NCBI GenBank assembly: GCA_965368975.1
Contig: CBDUPA010000019.1
Coordinates: forward strand, 84,154 to 148,153
Source: an uncultured bacterium
Lineage (GTDB): Bacteria; Acidobacteriota; Thermoanaerobaculia; Multivoradales; JAHZIX01
Reading direction: 5' to 3'
DNA: 64,000 bases
Under the pieces are notes generated by a model, which saw only the letters and a list, made by a program, of their open reading frames with translations, was not told the DNA's origin and searched no databases. Below are positions 11,601-20,600 of the stretch, one piece after another; positions within the stretch are counted from its first letter, which is position 1, and every line of letters begins with the position of its first letter. A program made the position numbers and the translations under genes.

Positions 11601-14600
11601 CAGCACCACCGCCTCGCGCACCTCTGGCAGGGCCACTAGGACCGCTTCGATCTCCGCCGGTTCGACGCGGAACCCGCGAATCTTGATCTGCTTGTCCCGG
11701 CGACCGGCGAACGCGACTTCGCCATTGGGTAGATAGCGGCCGAGATCGCCGGATCGATAGAGGCGAATCTGCGACTGGGTGCGGGCAGCGTCAGGATGGA
11801 CTACATCCGGTGTGAACGCCAGAGCCGTGGCGCGGGGATCGTCCAGGTAGCCGCGCGCCAGGTGCGGACTGCGCACGGCGATCTCGCCCAATTCGCCGAC
11901 GCCCGCCGGGCGGTGGTCGCGATCCAGCACCAGCAACTGCACATCGCGCATGCCGTGCCCGAGCGGCAGCACGGGACGCGCAACATCGGCCGCCGAGGCG
12001 ACGTGGTACGAAACCGCTCGCTGGGTCTCGGTCGAGCCGTAGAGGTTGACCACGGTGACCGACGGCGCCAGCTGCCGCAGGCGCTCGACATCGCGACCAC
12101 GCAGCGCCTCTCCCACCAGCAGGACTCGGCGCAGCGCGGGCAGGCGCACTGGTTGCGCACGGACAGCCTGCGCACGGACAGCCTGCGCACGGATCGTGTC
12201 GCCTTCGCACAAGACCTGTCCCAGCGCTGGCGTCAAGTGAGCGACCGTCACCCCGACCTCGGCCATCCAGGCGGCCAGCCGACCGGCAGCGGTCAAGTCT
12301 CGGGGATCGGGAACGGCGAGCTCAGCGCCCAGGAAAATCGGCGTGAACAGGTCGCGCTGCAGCGGATCGTGACCAAGGCCAGAGAGCAGGCTGAAACGGT
12401 CGTCCGGTCCCATTTCCAGCGTCGCGCACTGCCAGGGCAGGAAGTGAGTCAGCGGTCCGTGGCGCCCCTCGATTCCCTTGGGGACGCCAGTGGAGCCGGA
12501 GGTGAAGGCGACCAGCGCCAGGTCTTCGGGACCGATCTCGACGTCGGGCACGGCGGTTCCGGTCGTCGGTAGGCCTGTCGTCGGCAACTTCTGGACGAAG
12601 TCGAGGGTCTCGGCTTGGCTGCCGACCGGCAGCTGCAGCAGGGAGGCCGTGCGCTGCTGGCACCAGGTCGCGACACTGGGACCCTCTTCGTCGCGCGCCG
12701 GCGCCAGGCTAGACAGCACCGCGGTTTCTGCCGCTGGTGGCAAGAGTTCCAACACGGCGCTCGGTCGCGCCGCATCGAGCATCTGAGCACGACGCACGGC
12801 TGGCCACGCCGGGTCGAGCAGGACCAGCGCGGCCCCCGCCTTGAGAACGCCGAGGACCGCCGGCAGCAACACCGCGGCACGCCACGTCAGGATCGCCACG
12901 CGGTCGCCGCGCCGTACCTCGTGCGCCACCAGCCAAGCCGCCAGCGCGTCACTGACGACCGCGACCTCGCCATAGCTCCAAACGCCGTGTCGATCCCGCA
13001 CCAGGGGCCTCTCCGGCTGGCGACGCGCGTGCTCGGCGAAGTGCTGGTGGATCGGGCCGTGCCAGCTGGTCTCCAGGATCTGTCGTGGGTCTGGCAGCAG
13101 CTGCGCCGCCTCGACAGTGCGCAAAGGCAATGCCGCCAGCTGCTGATCAGGGTCCGCCACTGCCGCCGTCAGCAGCGTTGCCAGCTGGCGGGGCCAATCC
13201 TCCATGCGCGCGGCGTCGAACAGCGCGGCGTCGTAGTGTAGCTCCCAGCGCAAGCCGCCATCCGCCAGTTCCTCAATGTAGAAGGTGACGTCGAACTTGG
13301 CCGGCAGTTCCGGCGGCGTCAGCAGGTCGACCTCCAAACCGGCCAGCGTCGGCGTCACCGGCGGCAGGTTGAGCAGGTTGACGAAGACCTGGAACAGGGG
13401 CGTTCGAGCCGGGTCCCGCTCCGGGCGCAAGCGCTCCAGCAGCGCCTCGAACGGGACGTCCTGATGCCCGAAGGCCCCGATTGCGGCGGAACGGACGCGT
13501 TCCAGGAGTTGCAGGAAGCTCAGCCGAGGCGTCACCTGGGCCCGCAGCACCAGGCTGTTGAGAAATAGGCCCACGATGCTCTCGGTCTCGACGTGCTGGC
13601 GCCCGGCCACCGGCGTGCCGATCGCGATGTCCGTCTGACCGCTGTGGCGGGCCAGCAAGACCTGGATCGCCGCCGTCAGCACCATGAACAGCGTCGCTCC
13701 GCCGCGCCGCGCCAGCGCCCGCACGCCATGGACCAGGGTCGCGGGCCAGTGTTGATGAACACTGCCACCCGAGGCATCGGGGTCTCGTCGCGGCGGTCGT
13801 GGACGGTCGGTGGGGAGTTCGAGGACTTCCAGCCCCTCCAACGTCTCGGACCACCAGTCGAGCTGTGCCTGTGCCCGCCGGGCGACAAAGCCGCGCTGCC
13901 AGAGCGCGAAGTCGGGGTACTGCAGGCGCGCGGGCGATTCCGTGTGCCTCGCGCCCTGTCGCTCTCCTGGGCGCTCGCCTGGCTGGTCGTTTGGCTGGTC
14001 GCCTGACTGGTCGCCTGGCTGGCCCGCCTGCCAGCCCGCCTGCAGATCACGCATCATGAGCCCGAGCGACCAGCCGTCGGCGGCGATGTGGTGAACGTTG
14101 AGGTGCAGGTGGTGCCGGTCACTAGCCAACCGCAGCAGCAGTGCCTTCAGCACCGGGCCGCGCGACAGGTCGAACGACCGGCCACCATGCGCCGCGCCCA
14201 GTTGCCGCGCCACGGCGTCGGCTTCGGCGGCATGCGCATGAGAAAGCGTCAAGCGGCGCAGATCGATCACGGGCAGCCGTAGCGCCGCCGGCTCCTGCAC
14301 GATCTGCCGAGGCTCATCGCTGGTATTGGACACGAAGACCGTGCGCAGCGCCTCGTGGCACGCCACCAGGTGGTCGAGCGCGGCGCTCAGCCTGGCGACC
14401 TGGAAGGTCCCGATCAGTCGCAGACCCGCGGCAATGTTGTACGCCGCGGACCCGACCTGGAGTCGGTCGAGCAACCACAGACGTTGCTGCGAGTACGACA
14501 GGGGAAGTTCGCGCAGCCCTGGCGGCCGGACGGTAGGGGCTTCCTCGTAGGTTACCTCTTCGATGGAGGCCTGCTCGATGCCCACTTCCCCGATAGGGAC

Positions 14601-17600
14601 CTGCTCGACGGATGCCTGCTCGATGGCTACTGGCGGCGCTGGCACGGAGAGCGGCAGCTCGGACCAGCGCAGCAAGGCTTGTCGCCGCGCGCCGGCCGGC
14701 AGGCTAGGGAGTTGGAGATGGGGTAGCTGCTCGAGCGGCGTGTCGGGCTGCGCCAGAATCACCTCGAGCAGGTTGGCGATGTCATCCACCCAGCGCAGTG
14801 CCGTCGCGTCGTCGAACAGGTCACGAGCGAAGGTGAGCTCACCGCGCAAGCCCTCGGGCCAGCGCTGCACCATCAGGGTGAGGTCGAACTTCTCCGCCGG
14901 CAGGACGGGCGCGGCCGAGACGTCGAGGCCATGCAAGGCAGGTGGCTCGAGCACCCGGTCATTCCACGCCAGCATGGTCTGGAACAGGGGCGAGCGGCTG
15001 CGCTCCGGTCTGGTTTCGAGCGCCTCGGCCAGGCGTTCGAAGGGCAGCAGGCCGTGCGCAAAGACGTCGAGCACCCGGCGGCGGACCGTCTCCAGCAGGG
15101 CGGCGAACCCATCGCCCTCAGGGTTTCCTTGCGCCGGTACCCGCACCACCAGCGTGTTGGCGAAGTAGCCGATCAACGGCTCGAACTCGGGGCGTTCGCG
15201 TCCCGCGATCGGGAAGCCGATGGCCACTTCCGCCTGCCCAGCATGACGCCCGAGCAACAGCCCCCAGGTAGCCAGTAGCACCATGAAGGGCGTCGCGTCT
15301 TGCTGGGCCGCGAAGCGTTCCAGGCGCTCCAGCAGCTCTGGCGACCAGCCGAGCGGCAGCAAGCTGGAACGGTGGCTCGGCCGCGCCGGCCGTGGCCGAT
15401 CGGTCGGCAGGTCGAGGACCGGCAAACCGGAGAGTCGCGGACGCCACCAGGCCAGTTCGTGCTCCACCACGTCGGAGCTCAGCAAGCGCCGCTGCCAGAC
15501 CGCATAGTCAGCGAACTGGAACTGCAAGGCCGGCAGCGCCTCGGAACCGCCATGACAGAGAGCGTTGTAGAACCACTCCAGTTCCTGCAGCAACACCGCC
15601 ACCGACCAACCGTCCGCGGCAATGTGGTGCAGGTTGAGACCCAGCACACAGTCGTCGCTCGCCGTGCGCCAGACGGTGGCCCGCATCAGGGGACCGGCGG
15701 CCAAGTCGAAGGGCTGGCGTGCCGCCGCTGCCAGAGGCGGAGCAACACCGGGGACCTCGGTCAGGTCGACGACCTGCACGGGAAACCGGGCCGGCAGCGC
15801 GCCGGCAGGCTGAATCACTTGTACCGGCGAACCGCCGGCGGTGCGCATGACGGTTCGCAGACTCTCGTGCCGAGCGACCACGAGGGCCAGAGATCTCTCC
15901 AGGACCCGCACCTTCAGGTCCCCGCGCAGGCGTAGCCCCACGGGGATGATGTAGGCCCCGGTTGCCGAGCCCAGGCGGTCGAGCAGCCACATGCGTTCCT
16001 GACCGAACGACAGCGGCGGCAGGTCCTCCGGCACACCGCTGGCACCTCGACTCAGTGCGACCAAGGGCGTCGCCGCCAGGCTGGCGGCACTGTTGGTTCT
16101 CGAGGCGGTTCTCTCAGTACCCGCCTCAGCCTCAGTGATCGCTCCCGACGCCGCGTGATCGACTCCCGGGATCGTTGCCAGGGTGGCCGCCAGGTCGGCG
16201 ACCACGGGCGCTTGAAAGATCGTCTCGAGCGGTACCTCGACGTGGAGTTCGAGCCGCAGCCGCGCGGCCAGGCGTGTCGCCAGCAGCGAGTGTCCACCAA
16301 GCTCGAAGAAGTCGTCGCCGCGCCCCACGTGCTGGCGCTGCAGAACCTCGCCGACGGCCCGGGCCACCAGAACTTCCAGCCCTCCACGCGGAGCCTCATA
16401 GGCCTCGCCCACTGTCTGCATGGCGCGCGCGGCCAGCAGCTTGCGATCGACCTTGTGATTGGCGGTCAGCGGCAGCGCATCGAGCCGTTGCAAGGCGGAC
16501 GGCACCATGTAAGGCGGCAGCCGCCGGCCGAGCTGGCTGCGCAGGAGTGTCTCGTCGAGATTGCCAGCGCCGGGTGCCGGCACCACGAAAGCCACCAGGC
16601 GCGCGTGGTGTTCCTCCCCCACCACCAGCACGGCCGCCTCGTCGACGCCCTCCTGCTGGCGCAGGGCCGCCTCGATCTCGCCCAACTCGATGCGAAAGCC
16701 GCGGACCTTGACCTGGTGGTCGAGGCGGCCGAGGAAGTCGAGCCGCCCATCGGCGCGCAGGCGGCCCAGGTCGCCGGTGCGGTACATGCGGGCCCCCACC
16801 TGGCGCCTGCCGCACGCGAGCTCACTGGTGGACACCGCCGCCGGCACGTCGAGCTGTGGCACGAAGGCCATGGCCGTGGCCGCCGCCCGTCGCAAGTAGC
16901 CGCGCGCAACGCCGGCACCCCCGAGCACGATCTCGCCCGCAGCGCCCAGCAGCACCGGCCGCTGCGTCCGATCCAGCAAGTAGATTGCCACGCCATCGAC
17001 CGGCCGGCCGATGGGCGGCACGCCTACAGCGCCTTCGGGCACCCAGCCATAGGAGGCCACGACGGAACTCTCCGTCGGCCCGTAGTTGTTGACCAATTCG
17101 AACGGCAAGCCAGGCCGTGGCGCCGCGTGCAGACGATCGGCTCCGGTCAACAGCAGGGACAGTCGCGCGCCACGCGGCCACGACAAGCGCATCAGCTCTT
17201 CAGCCAGCGGTGACACCAGGAAGGTCGACTCGGCACCGCGCGTCAGGAACCAGTCGCGCAGTCGCGGAGGATCGCTGACCGCAGCGTCGGAGGGTACCTG
17301 CAAGGTCGCGCCGCAGGTCAACACCGACCACAGGTCCCAGACCGCGACGTCGAAGCCCAGGCCCGAGACGAGCGTGGCGCTGCGGCGGGCGCCCGGCTGG
17401 TCTGGCCCCCCGATCGCATACCGGCGCTGGTGCCAGTCGATCAGGTTCGCCAGCCCAGCGTGGTGCACCTGCACGCCCTTGGGTCGCCCGGTGGAGCCGG
17501 AGGTGAAGATCATGTACGCCAGCTGTTGGGGCTCCGGGGCCTGTAACTGAGGGGCCTGTAACTGAGGGGCCTGTAGCTGAGGGGCCTGTAGCTGAGGCGT

Positions 17601-20600
17601 TGGGCCTCGCCACGGTGTACCTTCCGGTTCGACCGCGGTCAGCACGCGAGCCGGCAGCTTCCCGGGCATCTCATCGAGCCGAGCCTCGGTCGTGATCAGG
17701 ATCGGGTCGCGCCCGTCGAAGGCCGCCAGGTCCTCCAGCACCGCCTGTAACCGCTCGACCGGCAAGGCAAAGTCGAGCGGCACATAGGCTCCGCCGGCGT
17801 AGAGGACGGCCAGGGCGGCCGTGACGTAGTCGGCACCGCGCGGCAGTAGCACGGCGACCGGGGTTTCAAAGCCGACATCCAATACACGCAGTCGCCCGGC
17901 CAGCGCCTGCGCGCGCTGGTCCAGGCAACGGTAGGTGACGCCCAGATCGAGCCCCCGGCCAGCGCCCGCCACCGCAGTATCGACCGCGTCCGTGCCTGCG
18001 TCCGCGACCCAGACGGCTACCGCGTCCGGGACTTGACGCGCAGCAGCTGCCACGCGCTGCGGGATGGCCTGGAAACGAGCACCATCATCGCGGGGTCTCG
18101 GCTCGAAGGCAGCGTGGTTCCACTCCAGCAGCCACTGGTGACGCTGGGCCACCGTCAGCAGCGGCAAAGCGGCAACCGGGGTCGAGGGTGCGGTCAGCGC
18201 CGCCTGCAGCAGGTGCTCCCAAGCCCCCAGCCAGCGCTGCACGGTGCTGGCATCGAACAGGTCGCTGGCCGCGAGCAGCGACGCGGCGAGGCTGGACCTG
18301 GGCCCGGACGGCACCATGGCCAACCGCAGCACCAAGTCGAAGGTGGCCGACCGCTCCGGCAGTTCGATGGATTCGAGAGTCAGGCCGCCATCCCCGGGGC
18401 CACCCATCTTCAAGGTTCCCCCGGCCAACCCGAGCGCGAAGGCGGCGAGGCCGGCGTCTTGCGCCAGTCGTGGACGCTGCAGCGTCAGCATGGTCTGGAA
18501 CACCGGCGAGCGCCCCGGGTCGCGTTCCGGATGCAGCACTTCGGCCAGGCGTGGGAACGGCAGCTCCGCGTGCGCCAGGGCCGCGACGACGCGGTCGCGT
18601 ACCTGCCGCAACAAGCCGCCAAAGTCGAGCCCTTCCGAGCTTGTACCCAGATCCACCGCGATCGCCAGGGGGTTGACGAAGTAGCCCACCAACGGTGCCC
18701 ACTCGCCCCGGCGACGACCCGCCGAAGGGATGCCGACAATCAACCGCCGCTGGCCAGTGAGGCGACCCAGCAAAACGGCCCAACTGGCCAGCAGTACCGT
18801 CAGCGGCGTCGCTTCGGCGGCGCGCGCAACAGTACTCACCGAAGACTCTTCGAGGGCCAAGCGGCGCGTCACCGCCAGCCCGCGCTGACTCGGCTGTGCC
18901 GGTCTGGGGCGATCAGTCGCCAGGTCGAGCACCAGCGGCACGTTCGCCAGGCGCTGTCGCCACCAGGCTTCCAGCTCTTCGCCCTGGTCGACGAGACAGC
19001 GTGTCTCATCGCGCACGAAGTGACCGTAGTCCGCGGGGAGCGGCGCAAGCTCCAGAGGCAGTACCTCGGCGGCGCACAGCTCACCGAGCTCACGAACCAG
19101 CACGCTCAAGGACCAGAAGTCCGCGATGAGATGGTGAATGACCAACACCAGCACGGCCGAACCGTCCGCCGTCGAGGCCCCCTCCTCCTCGAGCAGGGCG
19201 ACGCGTACCAGGGGCCCTGCCTCGAGATCGAAGGGCCGGTCAATCAGAGCTTCGAGCGCCTCGGGAGTGGCCCGGGGAGTAGCCCCGGCACCGACGACCA
19301 GCTCCGGTACCACCTGTCGTCGCACCCGTCGCAGGTCTCCCTCAGGAGCCGTGAAGGTGGTGCGTAGCTCGCCGTGACGCTGGGCCAAGAGCGCCAGGAT
19401 CCCTCGTAGGCGGGGCTCGCTTGGCGCAGGGGAAATCCGAGCCGCGGCCGCGATGTGATAGGCAGCGGCGCGCGGTGCCTGGCGCGCTAACAACCAGAGG
19501 GCGCGTTGGCCGTAGGAGGGGTCTTCGTCTTCGTCGCCGAGATCGTCCTTGCTCGACGCCGGCGTCTCAGCTTCCCGACCCTGTCCCGGCCCCGGTTGGA
19601 TCGCCGCCAGCAGTCGGGAGGCCAGACCCTTGAGATCCAGATCGCCGAGTAGCACATCGACCGGAACCTCGACACCGAAGTCTTGCTGCACCCCATGCTG
19701 CAGCTGCACGACATCCAACGAGTCCAGGCCCAAAGAGGTGAGCGGCTGATCCGCGCGCACAGCACTCAGCGGCTGATCCGCCGCCGCCGCCAAGCGACGC
19801 TTGAGTTCCAGGCGCAGCAGCGGACCGCGTTCGTCCTCGTCCATGGCCAGGAGCAGCGCGCGATCGATGCGCAGCTCATCCCCGTCGTCTGACACGGTGT
19901 CGCTCTGCCGAGTACCGTCCTGCGGCGTCTCGGACTGCACCGCCGCGGGACGCGCCGCACCGCTCCGTGCCACCACGTTCAAGCTCTCGTCGAGGTAGCC
20001 ACGGCGGCAGGCATGACGCTGGATCTTGCCGCTCGACGTCTTGGGCACGCTGCCGGTGCGCAGCAGCACGATTTCGTGCAAGCGCACCTCGTGCCCCTCG
20101 GCCAGGGCCTGCCGCACGGCGTCGAAGATCTCCTCGTTGGACGCGTCGGGATGGCGCACCACCTCCGCGACATAGACCAGTGCCTCGCCGCCCGCGGCTT
20201 CGTCACCCGTCGGATCGACCGCGAAGGCGGCGGAACAACCAGCCCGCAGGGCACTGTGCGCCGCCTCGGCGGTGGCTTCCAGATCCTGTGGATAGTGGTT
20301 GCGCCCGCGCAGGATGATCAGGTCCTTGAGCCGGCCGGTGACGTAGAGTTCACCGTCTCGCAGGAAGCCGAGGTCACCTGTGCGCAGCCAGCCGTCCCTC
20401 TCTTGGGAAGAGCCGGCTAGATTTGCGTCGAAGGTCTCGGCGGTCACCTCCGGCCGGCGCCAGTAACCACCCGCGACGCTCGGACCGCGCACCCAGATCT
20501 CCCCGACGGTGCCTTCGGCCACGGGTTGCGCGGTCTCGGGATCGACCAGGCGCACGTCCTGCGCGTGACGGTCGACGCGGCCGCTGCTGACCAGGGAGCG

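Noticed and set aside
11281-17597. Short direct-repeat arrays considered as possible CRISPR
   Set aside because: The units are contiguous 15-mers without spacers, lie in frame within coding linkers and have no cas genes nearby.
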